Shown: positions 27,251 through 41,653, counted from the stretch's first letter. The stretch is DNA of 64,000 nt from Octopus sinensis (GCF_006345805.1 NC_043002.1:29512001-29576000); one strand, 5' to 3'. Notes: generated from the letters alone by a model not told the origin. A program made the numbers and translations.

Positions 27251-28743
27251 ATATAATTTACGTACATACTACATATATACAGACATACATACATTCATAC
27301 ATATATATATATATATACATATGCGTATATGTATATATATACGTATGTATATATATATATAGATACTTATACATCCTCACGCACACGCACATGGACACTC
27401 ACACACGGACACACATACACGTGTATATATATACTGGATTATGTAATATGACGTGTTCGTGTATGTGCCATTCCCCAATGAGAGAATGAAAATGTCTACA
27501 ACTATTGTGAAGAGATGAGATGCGGTATTGTATTTTTGACATTATATAATAAAAAGGTAATCATATATGTTTTTCAATGATATCTATCTTTCAGAAATAC
27601 ACCCAGCCGCACACATGCTCTCTCACACGCACACATATACACACGCAAACACACACATACACACTTTCACACTTATATATGTATATATGTATATATATGT
27701 GTATGTATATACACGCACGCATACACATATATGTATACACATACAAGCACACGCAGATATGAATATATATATATATATACGCACATATATTCTTATATTC
27801 TCGCTTTGAAACATTGTTATATCTGTAAAGATTTGTTGAATGATATAGAAATGTATACGGAAGCACATAAACAAATTGATAAATAAATAAATAAATAAAC
27901 GTAGAATGGTACAATAGAATACTTAGATAAACTATTATATTTAATCTGTGAACGAAATTGCTAAGTCGTGCAACAACAATGCTGGCTATTTCAGATACGG
28001 AATATAAGCTTTATGAAATAGAAATATCACAAATAAAAACAAACAAACAAATAGCGATAATAATAATAGTAAATTTGTCAGATAGTCGTAGAATAAATAC
28101 GAGAAAAAAGTATATAGATTATAATTATACATGAAAAAGTAAAACGAAGAGAACACAGAGAAAATTGCAGATACAACGAAATAAGTATTAACCGATAAAA
28201 TTATATAAAAATACGTACGCACTAAGTCCAATATATGTATAGAGACTCACGTATAAGTTGATAAAAGGAAAAAGTGGACGAAAGAAAAATTTATAAAGTT
28301 TATATATATATAAATATAAATAAATATATAGTGAAAGTAAAGAAAAGAAAAGATAAGTGAAATGGATATGTTCTTGGCAAAATTATAAAAATCATTCTTC
28401 ATTGTTAGTTATAAGGAAGAAATTAAATAAGAAAAAAAAAGTAACATATCTAAAGAAAAATCTGAAAAAGAAAAAGAACCGTTCATGTTGATATCTAGAA
28501 ATTTTTGTCATCCCTTCTGTCAACCAAACTGATATTTGTTAACACCCACTTACATATACTTATACACACACACACATACACAGACAAACATACATGCACA
28601 CGCGCGCGCGCTCACACACAAACACACACACACACACACCCACACACACATGCACAGGCACAAAACAACGCACACGATGTACAGTATTTTTTTCTGTTAA
28701 TAAGCGGCTATGTGGTCTATTTTACCTGCATACACATACACAC

Positions 28744-28787
<44 letters not shown>

Positions 28788-29828
28788 CACACACACATAT
28801 ACATAGATAGATACACAGATAGATGTATATGTTTACACACCCATATATGTATGCATATATATATGCATATATATATATGCATAGATATGTATATATGTAT
28901 ATATATATATGTATCTATATACATACATATATATATTCATACATATATGAATTTGCGTATATGAGTTTATGGTCTCCTCATTTTCATATGTACCATACAC
29001 TTTTACATACATACAAACACACACACACGCGCACGCACAAATATATCTTTAGTTTGTATTTGTGTTTGTTGAATAATTATTTTAAAGCTTCAGAGAATGA
29101 CACGTAATTTTCTTATTTGATATCTGGTGACAATAGTTCCGTATAATCCAATTAGATATTCGGTGAAAGAATACAAGAAAATCTGATAAAAAAAAAAATT
29201 CGCTGTCTTTGTGGCATAGTTGATTGGACTAGTTTGAAAATACGAAGCAGTTAGATCTGACTAATGATAAACGATGAACAATTCTAAAAATTGGAATGCC
29301 GAAGACTTAGTGAAGATAATCATTTCGGCTTCAAACATTGCAAAAACCTCAATATTGCAAGAATAAGGAATCTGCCTGCAAATTATTGACAGGACAGATG
29401 GATAAGAAAACAGAGAGAAGGAGAGAGAGACAGACAGAGAAAGAGAAGGTGTGTGTATGAGAAACTTAGAGAGGGGTGAGAGAAAGGAGGTAAGTATGTG
29501 TGGGAATATTTTTATACACGTGTGTGTGGATGGTAAGAATGGGTGAGATGATGATGCGGAAAGATGTAATGTTAAAGAAACAGAGAAAGTAAAGAGGAAA
29601 GATGGAAAGACAGTACTCGGGTTTCTCTGATGACAAGGTGATTAAATGAATATGTATGTATTTATGTACGTGTATCTATCTATCTATATATATATATATA
29701 TATATACGCGTGTATATATTTGTATAATTATACTTTTATATACATATATACATATATGTATCTATGTGTATATGGGCACTTAGATACATACATATATGTG
29801 TACACACACACACACGCATATATATATA

Positions 29829-29992
29829 GACAGAAGAGTGGCTGTATGGTAAGTAGCTTGCTTACCAACCACATGGTCCTAGGTTCAGTCCCACTGCGTG
29901 GCACCTTCGGCAAATGTCTTCTACTATAGCTTCGGGCTGACGAACGACTTGTGAGTGGATTTGGTAAAAGGAAACTGGAAGAAACCTGTTGT

Positions 29993-30077
<85 letters not shown>

Positions 30078-30262
30078 TTGTATCTATGTTTGTATCTATG
30101 TTTGTCTCCCAACATCGCTTGACTACCGATATTGTGGTGTTTACGTCACCGTAACTTATCGGTTCGGGAGAAGAGACCAATAAAATAAGTACTAGGCTTA
30201 GAATGAGTAAGCTCTGGAATCGATTTGCTCAACTGAAGGCGGTGCTCTAGCATGGCGGCTGG
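29829..30262 (+). mobile_element. tRNA-derived SINE (family A), near full length
   Basis: GAGTGGCTGTATGGTAAGTAGCTTGCTTACCAACCACATGGTCCTAGGTTCAGTCCCACTGCGTGGCACC head. The 3' half runs to AAGGCGGTGCTCTAGCATGGC. Confidence 0.85.
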
Positions 30263-30526
30263 GTTTGGCTACTCTGCATTGATAAAGGGAAAATACCCTG
30301 AAACATGTCTGCAGATGCCTGAGCAGCAAAGTGAAGCGGCTAACCTACCCTGTTCAAAGGTTATAATGGACACAGGTTTGTGTGTCATATACCTAGCTAG
30401 CGGCGACGGCCTCTTGGAGCTAATCAACGGCAGCTTTCGTCCTATATTTATGGACTGCCATATTAGCTTGGTGATAACTATTAATATCCAGTACCGCTGC
30501 CGTAGTCTCCTTTAGAGAGACTTAGA

Positions 30527-30596
<70 letters not shown>

Positions 30597-30951
30597 ATAT
30601 GAATGCAGAATACTGTGTATGACTAATGCCACGAAAAAGAGAATTCAAAACATTACAAGTCAATCAAATTTATTCCAGATATCGTCAAGTTCACTACGTC
30701 ATAGACACCAGTATATAGTCTCACCAAATGTGTGTATCTGGAAGCTATCAGATATTTTGAAATTATTTGGGTTAGAAATATTTGTGGGTGGACGATCAAG
30801 TCGTGTGCATATGTAATGTAACTGTTTTTGTGCATGAGACCAAAGAATTAAAATTTGGAGGCTTGAATTTGACATTTAGTAGGCTGACGTGGGTTTTGGG
30901 TTTTTTGGAATGACAAAGGAGAAGGACGGTTATTTGTGAAAATAGAATCCA

Positions 30952-31700
30952 TTAACCCTTTAAGGTACTTATATATTGTGATGGGACTAGGGTTTCTTTT
31001 AGGGCTTTACTTACTGAGAGTAGAACGTAACGACAATGACCACCAGAGAATTTATGATTTTTACGGTAAACTATCATATTTTATTGGGGATAGGTGTTGT
31101 GTATGTTTTGTGTTCAGGGGAACAAGCAGATGTAAATGGTTAAATATGTATTCTCCGAATTTTGCTGCCATGCAGAATATAAAATTTCGTCAGAATTTTG
31201 CATATGTTATACGCGAGTTATTTTTTTGGCTCTTACATTTTTTCTGTTAGCGACGCTTCCATACATACTGTTATAATTATTTAGTTTTTCTTTACTTTTT
31301 CCTATTTCTTGTTCAGTGGAAATCTGTATTGAGTTGTACAGCTGTTAACTGTATTTTTCATTAATTTTTGTTCGATGTTTTGTAATATATTACGGTAGCT
31401 ACTTGTAAATGCATCGTGAAACTATGAGAGAGTATTGTACAACTATGACCAATGTTGCAGTTTGTTTTATGGAAATTTAATATTAATACCAATGGTTTTG
31501 AAGTTAGGTATTACGCATCTTCTGTTAAATGTTTTACCACTCAGTAACCAAGGAGAATTTGTTTCTTTAGAAATGAGATATGTATCATATAGGTATATTC
31601 TGATAGATGCTCACTTGTGGAGCAAGTAGGAAATGCCTATATCCATGAGGAGATTAGTATAAGTCCATAAAGCCCATATGGAATTACAGGCATAGTGATG
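30952..31700 (-). mobile_element. Possible piggyBac-like relic (right end plus transposase C-terminus)
   Basis: TTAA-CCCTT terminus at 30952. The minus strand has LLMDIGISYLLHK (resembles the piggyBac ..D....N.YLLHK region) and weak TR..IC..FC..F.EY traces. Heavily decayed. Confidence 0.3.
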
Positions 31701-32714
31701 TATAAATTATACGTAGAAATCACTGTAACTCGTAGCCATCGGAAACGTCCTCACGTACTAAGAAACTACCAAGGCCTACTAAACTGATCGACCTTTATAT
31801 TCATTATTCTCTAATGAACTTCATTTTCATAAACGCAATTACATTGTGGCTTGAGTGCCGTCCCAATAATACAGTTTACATATTTTTAGTTGCATGATAA
31901 ATTTGAATATTAAGTAATTCTCATCCTGTTCAACAACCGGTTTGCTTTTCACATCCCACCTAACTGGGTGCTTCTCCAAGATATGAACAAACGTATGAAT
32001 ACAAGAAACTTATAGTATTTCAGCCGATTTCGTCGACTAAATAATTTTACGCTCTGCCACACCACGACCGCATTTCAATGGCTGAAACAAGTAAAGCAGT
32101 AAAATAATATAAACATACATCTATACAAAACATACATCCATACAACTATTGTTTGCCAATGTTCGTAGCAACACATTATTGTCTACGCAAATTGCTTTAA
32201 GATATTTATGTATATCGTAATATACGTAGTAATAATAGCAGATTGTAGTAGTAATAGCAGTAGTTGAAATACTTCCGACAATATAAATGCTTATTTCATT
32301 GTTGCAAGATCAGTGACTGTTTGTCAGTTACTTTTCTAAATATTGCAAGATGAACTACTGCTATCTCTAGCGGATGCGTATCATCCACTGTGAATAACAC
32401 AAATAGCTCGAAACCCGTCGCTGGAAGATGGTAGGGGCTCGCTTCTTTGATTGCAATGTATGTATGTTGCAGATTGCATCGATAACCAGCTGGAGGAGTT
32501 GTCTTCCTGGGTTGGTAGTAACGCCAGTTCTACTGAACAGTAATCTTACTTCTCAATATATTTACTGCTTTCATCTCTTATAGGGATTTTCTAACCAGTT
32601 AATTTTCTTATTAAAATAATTATCACGAGAAATACAATAAAAACTGTATGCTAACGATACAGGTAGTTACAGCCGGTGGGGCTGTCCTTGGGTGTACGCC
32701 CCCAAAGGCTTTTA

Positions 32715-33790
32715 GGACATGTTTAAAGAGAAAGATAGTCTTACAGCTGTTTCTGGGATACTAAGATGCAGGCCTATATAATAGTGCATTTAAACATATA
32801 TATGTATATGTGTACACGCGTGCGTATATGTAGATACACATTTTTCTTTCTTTCTCTGGTTCATCAGTCCCAACTATCACTTTAGCTAGCATCATAAATA
32901 CCTACGTTTATCTTTAGAAACTTGACCATTCTATCTTATTATTCTTCCCTTTATTTTTGAGACTTACTACTCACTTTAGTACACCCCGCTGTACCATTTT
33001 CTTGACCTATCTCTCCACTCTAATGCCTTTCAAACATATCACCCCACATCCCACTTTTCAGACATATTCCTTCCTTAAATTCTTATCTTTTCCTTCTATA
33101 CCTCCCTATCCCCACCACAATATCTTAACCACTATCTAGCACTTCTTTTTTCATTTTCTCTCCTTTCTTTCTTTGTTTCTTTCTTCCTTCTTTTCTTCCC
33201 TATTCCCTTTGACCAACTGTGCCTTTTCCTTCTAACATACACAGTTATTCTCTTCTCTCTATCTACTTACCCCTACCAGTAAACTCTCAAAATTTCATTC
33301 ACACCTCATGGAATTTATGTCTCCACTCTATCCAATTTATAATAACAAAATATGAACTATGGGAATTTACATAACATGGACAAAAAGCGTTTCTACCCAT
33401 TCTACACACCAATTTCTTTGGGAAATGGAATTGCAACTGTGACATTCCACATATATGCTCTTTACTTTTATTCTCTTATTTCTCTTTATACTTCTTATAT
33501 CCATCCTTTTCCAAAATTACTCCTTGCATTGGACTCTACTATTTCCCTCTATTTTACTCTCTCATATCGTCTCTGATGAAAGGATATCCATAATATCCCA
33601 GAAACAGCTGTAAGACTAACTTTCTCTCTAGAAATGGCCTAAAAATTCCACACAACCTCGGCATTGTTTTCTCATTTTATTTAATATATACATGTTCATA
33701 CACGATCTGCATTAGACTCCTCACTCGTATTATCGGACTGAGAGTCTAAATACGGCCCTTACGTATCACTTACATAACATTACCTGTCAT
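32715..33790 (+). mobile_element. Penelope-like 3'/pLTR fragment with hammerhead core and an inverted partial copy
   Basis: A pyrimidine-rich stretch leads into GTCT-CTGATGA-AAGGATATCCATAATATCCCA-GAAACAGCTGTA-AGAC at ~33568-33616. Positions 32715-32762 are the reverse complement of ~33594-33645. Confidence 0.55.
33566..33618 (+). ncRNA. Putative minimal type-I hammerhead ribozyme
   Basis: Helix I GTCT/AGAC; CUGAUGA; helix II GGATAT/ATATCC with two unpaired nt on each side; GAAA; palindromic helix III ACAGCUGU; GUA site. Confidence 0.55.
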
Positions 33791-33848
33791 GCTGGGTTTT
33801 GAATACCAATACCTCTCAAACTCTATATATGTATATATATATATATAA

Positions 33849-33884
<36 letters not shown>

Positions 33885-34177
33885 CATACATATATATAGT
33901 ATATATATATATATATACATACATATATATAAATATATATAAATATATATATTACATATATATAATAAATTATATATATATACATATATATAAATATATA
34001 TATATATACATACATACATATATATAAATATATATATATACATATATATACATACATATATAAATATATATATATTATATACATACATATATGTATATAT
34101 ATACACACATATATATAAATATATATATATATACATATATATATAAATATAAATATATATATATACATATATATAAA

Positions 34178-34242
<65 letters not shown>

Positions 34243-34285
34243 TTTAGATATATATATATATATACACATATATATATATACACAC

Positions 34286-34330
<45 letters not shown>

Positions 34331-34331
<1 letters not shown>

Positions 34332-37244
34332 TTCTCACTGAGACCCACCTTGACAACTCTCACTTGGAAGCCGAAGTGAGAGTGAAGAATTTCACAACCA
34401 TCCGCGCGGATGGTATCGGCAGGAGGAAGGGTGGAACTGCCATTTTCCTGCATGATTCATTTACGGCAGATGGAAATAGTATATTCTCCAACGGCTACTG
34501 TGAATCAGTCACCGTGCACAACAAAGCCATGACCTGACAGTAATGGGCTCTATAGGCCGCCCAAACACCCATACTGTGCTTTAAAGAATGCCTCAATAGC
34601 ATTAAGTGCTTTATTCAACAGTGCCATTCTAGCAACATACTCATGATGGGAGACTTCAATCTACCCTGTGTTGACTGGACTACAAACTGTTTGAAAACCA
34701 AGCACTCCCGCCTCAAACCGCTGACAAAGAAGCAGCAGAGTCACTTTTCGACTTTACGAATGAGTTTTTCTTGTCCCAACTTGTCCTTGCACCAACAAGA
34801 CATCAGAACATTTTGGACCTAGTATTTAGTAACCACACTAACACTATACATAACGTTACAGTGGAAAAAACCCTTCTTTCAGACCATGACATGGTTCTCT
34901 GTAACATGAAATTCCACCAGCCGAAAGCTAATCCTAGTGACTTTCCTCCAGCCCACCCATTTGACAACATGGATCTCCAAGCCAACTGGGATGCAATCAG
35001 GAACGAGCTATCAAATGTTGACTGGTCCTTTACACATACACACATCTCACCAACCATAAAACATCTTGGCAGATCTTTGTAGACACCGTCACAGACATAT
35101 GTGCAAAACACTCCCCACCAAGACCTGTGAACAAAAAGTGCAGAATCCCCCAAAACAGAAAACCATTATCAGAAAAATAAAAAGAACAAACAAAAAAATT
35201 AACAAACTAAAGTACTGCCAACAGCAACACACACATTCGACGGCTATCGCACTGCTTGAATCCAAAAAATATAACCTCCAACAATGCATGAAGACCCTCA
35301 TCAAAACCAAAGATCAGCTGAGTGAGGAGTGGGCCATTGAAAAAATCAAAACTCAACCCCAAAGTGTTCTTTTGTCATTTGCGAGGAAACGCAGGGTCAC
35401 TGTCTCCACTGTAGGCCCTCTAATTGACGAAACTGGCACTCTCCAAGATAATGCCAAATCCATGGCCGAGATACTGCAGAAACAATACTGCTCTGTTTTC
35501 AGCAATCCTGATATGGCCGATCTGGGCTGTATCAGTGATGTCAACCCCCAACACACTATATCGGACATAACGTTTAGTGCCCCTGATGTCTTAGCGGCGA
35601 TAAACGAAATAAAAAACACAATTCAGCAGTAGGCCCCGATAGGTTCCCTGCTTGTGTCCTGAAGGTGTGTCGACACCAACTTGCATCTCCCCTTGCTAAT
35701 CTGTGGAGAAAACTCACTGGATGCTGGCTATATTCCAAAAAACCTTCTGTCGCAGTCTGTTGTCCCAGTTTTCAAAAAGGGAAACAAGTCCCTTGCAGTG
35801 AATTACCGTCCGATCTCACTCACCTCTCATATCATCAAGGTATTTGAGAGGGTGGTGAGATCTCGAATAACCCAATTTCTGGAAAGCAACAGACGGCTGA
35901 TCTCCAACCAACATGGGTTCCGTAATGGAAGGGACTGCCTAACGCAGCTCCTGCATCACTTTGAGGACATTTTGAGAGCTTTGGGGAGAGGGCTCCAACA
36001 CCGATGTCAACCTTGATTTCAGTAAGGCCTTCGACAGGGTCGATCACAAGATCCTATTGAAAAAACTATCCAACATTGGTGTCTCTGGAAAGTTACTGAA
36101 ATGGATTAAGTGTTCCTGACAGACAGATCTCAACATGTTGTAGTTGAAGGGGTAAAATCAAGCCCAGCCAAAGTCAGTAGTGGCGTTCCGCAAGGCACTG
36201 TGCTGGGCCACTTCTTTTCATCATTTACATTAATGACATTAATGACATCATCAAGCACAGCAACATAAAAATCTTTGCAGATGACTCCAAGCTACAGAAG
36301 GTCATAAATGAGGCGAGTGACCGGACATGCCTTCAGTCAGATCTACTGGCTGTTATCCAATGGGCAGAAAAAAACAATATGCTGCTGAACGAGGATAAAT
36401 TTGAGCTAATCCACTTTGGAAAAGAGGATGCCCTGAAACTCCCATACTCCTTCTTCAGGTGAAACTCTCGCGGCGTCCAACAACATCAGAGACTTGGGAG
36501 TAATTGTGGAAACAACGTAAGCTGGGCCACTCATATAAACACAAAGTTGACATGGCCCGCAGAATGTGTTCCTGGATTCTCAGACTTTCCAGTCGAGAGA
36601 TATCCACACCATTATCCTTCTCTTCTCCTTTGCCCGACCCCACCTTGAATACTGTTGTCCACTGTGGTCTCCCCACACAATACAAGGTATCATAAAAGTT
36701 GAAGCACCTCAAGGGCAATCACAAAAAAGATAGATGGATGACAGCCTCGACTATTGGGGTCGACTAGAAAAGCTAAAACTCTATTCTCTCCAACGTCGTC
36801 GTGAGCGCTACATCATCTGCATGATGTGGAAAATATTCCATCAGCATTGCCCAAATGATGTTGGCATCACCTTAAGGTACATCCAAGGCTTGGGCCCCGT
36901 GCCATCCGCCCAAAACAAAAATCGCACTCTCATCTCATAACAACAATACGGCACAATTATTTCACCTCAATTGGCCCCGCTCTCTTTAACATTACACCAA
37001 AACACATTAAACAGAAACTGACCTATAGGGTTCAAGAAGTCTTTGGACAGATTCCTTCAAGAAATCCCGGATAAACCCCTACAACCGGATATGTCTCTGT
37101 AAACAATAACTCTCTACTTGAGTGGGCCATAGTGCCCAAATTCTGACTTGAAAGACTTCACCAGGTGGTGCTATTAAGTTAGACATGGCTGGGCCAATAA
37201 TGGCCGAAACCTATCAAAGTATCAAAGTATCAAAGTATCAAAGT
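34331..37244 (+). mobile_element. CR1-clade LINE, near-complete ORF2 (APE endonuclease + RT), frameshifted, lacking ORF1
   Basis: APE motifs ILTETHL, GGTAIF, MGDFNLP, PTRHQNILDLVF, SDHDMV. RT motifs VVPVFKKG..NYRPISLTS, QHGFR, LDFSKAFD, GVPQGTVLG, FADD. C-terminal YSLQRRRERY. Tail is (ATCAAAGT)x4 at 37213-37244, an 8-bp repeat typical of CR1. Confidence 0.95.
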
Positions 37245-39381
37245 ATATATATATATATAATATATATATAATAAATATATATATATATATATAAATATAT
37301 ATATATATACATATAAATATATATATATATACACACATATATATATATACACACACACACACACACTCATATATATATATATATATATAAACACATGTGT
37401 GTGTGCTTGTGTATGCGTATACTATTTATATTTGTATATATATATACGGACAAAACACACACATATATATAACATTTGATAAACACTGAATTTATATATT
37501 TATATTGAGCTGCTATAAATTTCAGTAATGAAAAGGCCTTAATTTTCGCGTTATTTCCTCCCTTAGAATCGTTATACATACCACTAAATAAACCCAACAG
37601 ATTGCTATAACCTCTGTGCAGGAAACTTATAGTAGCTGATACGTAAATCCTGTATTCGTTAAAGGATACTTATCTCTCGATGGATGGAATACTACAAACA
37701 ACGGAACAGTTCACTATGCATTTATACATGAAAGCCTTCTCGATCCTGTAAGTATATCAAGACGGAAATTATTTCAGTTTCCAGGGTGTTTAAGTTAACT
37801 GACAATGCAAAATTCACCCTGGACAGTTTGACAGGCCGTCATAGTTCTTATTCCCAGCTTTCACTGGCACTTATTTGTCAGCGAGTAGACTAGATGAACG
37901 TTAAATAAAATGCCTTGCTCGAAAATATAAGCAGTGCTTGGTCTGAAAATAGAAACTGCTATTCAACGATTGTGATTTCATCGCCCTAACAAGTGAGTGC
38001 AAGCGCCTTAACCAAAGCATCAACGACGGCGATTACGACTATGACAACGACGAAGATGACCATTAGTATGATGCGAAGCATATAGGTGATACTTTGGATG
38101 TGATGACTGACTCAAACTAAAGAATATGACCACTAAAAATACTTTGCTGTCGTTACTCTATTTAAGTATAGTTCTTAACGTTGTGATTTCAAATCACTCT
38201 AAGGTGACATTACCTTTCATCTTTGGCTTTCGTTAAAATTACGTTCCATTGAAATGCGGTAGGTGATTTAATATTCCTGTAAAAGTTCCTTGATCTGAAA
38301 AGGATTATATATTTGACGACAATGATGATGCCAGAATGCTACAGCTATGCAAAACGGGTGACATCCATGAAATAAACGAGTGCAATAGAATTTTGCAGAC
38401 TGTCATAAATACAATCGATTTGATTACTTTAGGTTTTATAGCAACTCATGATCGGGTGGGGGGGGGGGCATTAATGGGAAACCTATTTGAAACGATGGAC
38501 TTGCGGGAAAGAGAAAGAAAATTCAAAAAGTAAATTTAATGGTTGAGGAATCTGTACTGAATGAAAAACACAAAAGGAAGAAAGAAAAATAGAAGCAACG
38601 AAAAAGTAAAGAAGTATCACGTGAATGACAGCAGTCAAACAGAAAGGAACTTAACTTTAAAATGTGGGATTAAAGAGAAAAACAGAATTTTTGTGTCACG
38701 ATAGAGTAAGGACAAGTGATTAGAACAAAGCTTGTGATAACAATATTTACAGTGACAAATACCAGCAATTTCGTAATTCTCAATTGAAAGACGAAGTAGA
38801 TAAAAATGTTTGAATGGATGTTTCAAAATGTCAGCGCGAGTATATAAAAAACACACAGTAACGGAGGAGAAAAAAAGATGGCGGAAAATATAACTTCGAT
38901 GTATAAAACTCGTACTAAGACCAACTAGAAACAAATTGATAGGTTTTGTGAGATTTCTCTGAAGAAAATGATATGATAATGATAGTGCTAACGTAGGACA
39001 TGATCAGGGTGTGTATGTGAGTGAGGGAGAGATGAAGATAAAAAAAATAATAAAAACGAAGAAAACAAAAAATAAAAACAAATCTGAAAGATTGTATGCA
39101 AGATAATGGCATTTGCTACACCACATGATGGTAAGATCGAAGCCGAAGAAATATAAATATGTTTAGATTTCCTTATATCACAGAAATACTAAAAACAACG
39201 CGAATACCGACTGGTGTGAGGAAGTTGCCGTAAAGTGTCATCATTAATTCTTGGAGAATACCTACAATAGCATTTCAAGTGGAGAAGACTTGTTCACACA
39301 TACCAAACGTCATCAATATATATTCCTTGTACATGGTGCACTACTACTATTGCCACCAGCACTACCCCCACTACTACTACA

Positions 39382-39420
<39 letters not shown>

Positions 39421-39480
39421 GCTACTGCTGCTGCTGCTACTGCTACTACTGCGGCCGCTGCTGATGCTTTTTATAATGAT

Positions 39481-39707
39481 CTTCTTTTCTATTTCAGGAT
39501 CAAGGCCTGACATTTTGGGAGAGGGTGCACTAGTCAACTACATCGATCTCAGTGATCAATTGGTATGGTACTGATTTTATCGATCCCGAAGAGATATAAG
39601 GCAAAGTGGACTTCGGCGGAACTTGAACTCAGAACGTAAAACCAGACTAAAAATTACCGCTAAGCATTTTGTCCGGTGCAGTAACGATTCTGCCAGCTCG
39701 GTGCCTT
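39481..39707 (-). mobile_element. tRNA-derived SINE (family B)
   Basis: CAAGGCCTGACATTTTGGG..CATCGATCTCAGT..GGCAAAGTGGACTTCGGCGGAACTTGAACTCAGAACGTA..CTGCCAGCTCGGTGCC. Confidence 0.8.
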
Positions 39708-39718
39708 AATAATGAAGA

Positions 39719-39749
<31 letters not shown>

Positions 39750-39856
39750 AGTGGTAGTGGTTGTGGTGGTGGTGACTATGATGATGGTGATGATGATGAT
39801 GGTGATGATGGTGATGATGATGATGATGGTGATGACGATGGTGCTGCTGCCATAAT

Positions 39857-39890
<34 letters not shown>

Positions 39891-40611
39891 AATGATGATT
39901 AGAAAAAGATGAGAGAAAAGGAGGAGGAAGGACAACAGTATCGACAGCTACAACAACAACGACGATGATATTGATGATGATGATGATGATGGCAACGAAA
40001 ATACTATGACGACGACGATGACGACGATGACAATGGCGACAATGACAATGATGATCATAACAAAGAAGCCGAAGGAAAGCGAAGAAAACAAATCCAATTG
40101 GGAAGAAAAAAAAACAACAGAAGACGAGGGTGGAAAACACAAACCAGGGCGATTTAGTCACGCATCCAGCATATCTACTGCAGCGCCAAGGCCTATTAGT
40201 AGAACGGCAGGTAGCTTAACGAAAAAGAGAGAAGAAAATGGTTATTTAGAGGAATCGTTGGAGCATGTATATATGTAATACCAGTCGGGCACGAACACAC
40301 CATCATGTTTTCATAGTATTTACCATCAGGGTAGAAACTTGTTATCACGACTTATAATGACGTCGTTGATAGTGCCGTCGAAGTCTCTTGTCACCACCAG
40401 CGTTTATCGCTCTCACTGTTGGTCATATCACGGAAACGGATGCAACAACAACAACACAGAAGAGCAGCAGCAGCAACAGCAACAACAACGAAAACAAAAA
40501 CCACAGCACAGTCGTAATATTAATGGTAATGATATTATTAGCAAATATACCATTTGTAGTAATAATAATTGTACCAGTATTATTGAGTGATTATTATTAT
40601 TATTATTATTT

Positions 40612-40664
<53 letters not shown>

Positions 40665-40882
40665 CCTTTCTACTAAAGGCAGGCACAAGGCCTGAAATTC
40701 TTAAGGGAGAGGACAAGTTGATTTCATCGACCCCAGTATTTCACTGGCACTTAACTTATCGGCCCCGATAGGATGACAGGTAAATCGACCTCGGCGGAAT
40801 TCGAACTCAGAACGTAAAGACAGACGAAATACTGCTAAGTATTTTGCCTGGTTTGCAAACGATTTTGCTAGCCCTTCCCCTT
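40665..40882 (-). mobile_element. tRNA-derived SINE (family B)
   Basis: CCTTTCTACTAAAGGCAGGCACAAGGCCTGAAATT..ATCGACCCCAGT..TCGACCTCGGCGGAATTCGAACTCAGAACGTAAAGAC. Confidence 0.85.
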
Positions 40883-40898
40883 AAATAATAATAATAAT

Positions 40899-41537
40899 CT
40901 TTTCTACTAAAGGTACAAGGCCTGAAATGTTTGGGGAGAGGACTAGTCGACTGTGTCTACCCCAGTATTTCACTGGTATTTAATTTATCGATCTGAAAGA
41001 ATGAAAGGTGAAGTCGACCTCGGCTGAATGCTCTTTTACTCTTTTACTTGTTTCAGTCATTTGACTGCAGCCATGCTGGAGCACCGCATTTAGTCGAAGA
41101 AATCGACCCCAGGACTTATTCTTTGTAAGCCTAGTACTTATTTTATCGGTCACATTTGCCGAACAGCTAAGTTACGGGGACGTAAACACACCTACAAAAG
41201 TATCGGTTGTGAAGCGATGCTGGGAGACAAACACAGACACACAAACATATACACACATACATACCTACACACACACACATATATACATATATACGACGGG
41301 CTTCTTTCAGTTTCCGTCAAACAAAACCACTCACAAAGCTTTGGTTGGCCCGAGGCTATAGTAGAAGACACTAGCCCAAGGTGTCACGCAGTGGGACTGA
41401 ACCCGGAACAATGTGGTTGGTAAGCATGCTTTTTGCAACCCATTCCTGCGCCTATATGAACTCAGAACGTACAAACGTACAAAATACTGCTAAGCTTCCC
41501 CCCACCCTAACGGCGTGCTAACGATTCTGCCAGCTTG
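40899..41537 (-). mobile_element. SINE family B copy (40899-41030 plus 41453-41537) split by a SINE family A insertion
   Basis: The family B sequence CCTCGGCTGAAT stops at ~41030 and resumes as TGAACTCAGAACGTA at ~41457. Confidence 0.75.
41031..41452 (-). mobile_element. tRNA-derived SINE (family A), full length, tail (GTAAAAGA)x2
   Basis: Minus strand starts GGCGCAGGAATGG.. with CGGGTTCAGTCCCACTGCGTGACACCTTGGGC and ends GCAGTCAAATGACTGAAACAAGTAAAAGAGTAAAAGAG. Confidence 0.9.
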
Positions 41538-41572
41538 TATCTTTAATAACAATAATAATAATAATAATAATG

Positions 41573-41624
<52 letters not shown>

Positions 41625-41653
41625 TAATAATAATAATAATAATAATAGGAAAT

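Noticed and set aside
32380-32430. Hammerhead-like CTGTGA...GAAACCCGTC
   Set aside because: The core has a deletion and neither helix I nor helix II pairs.
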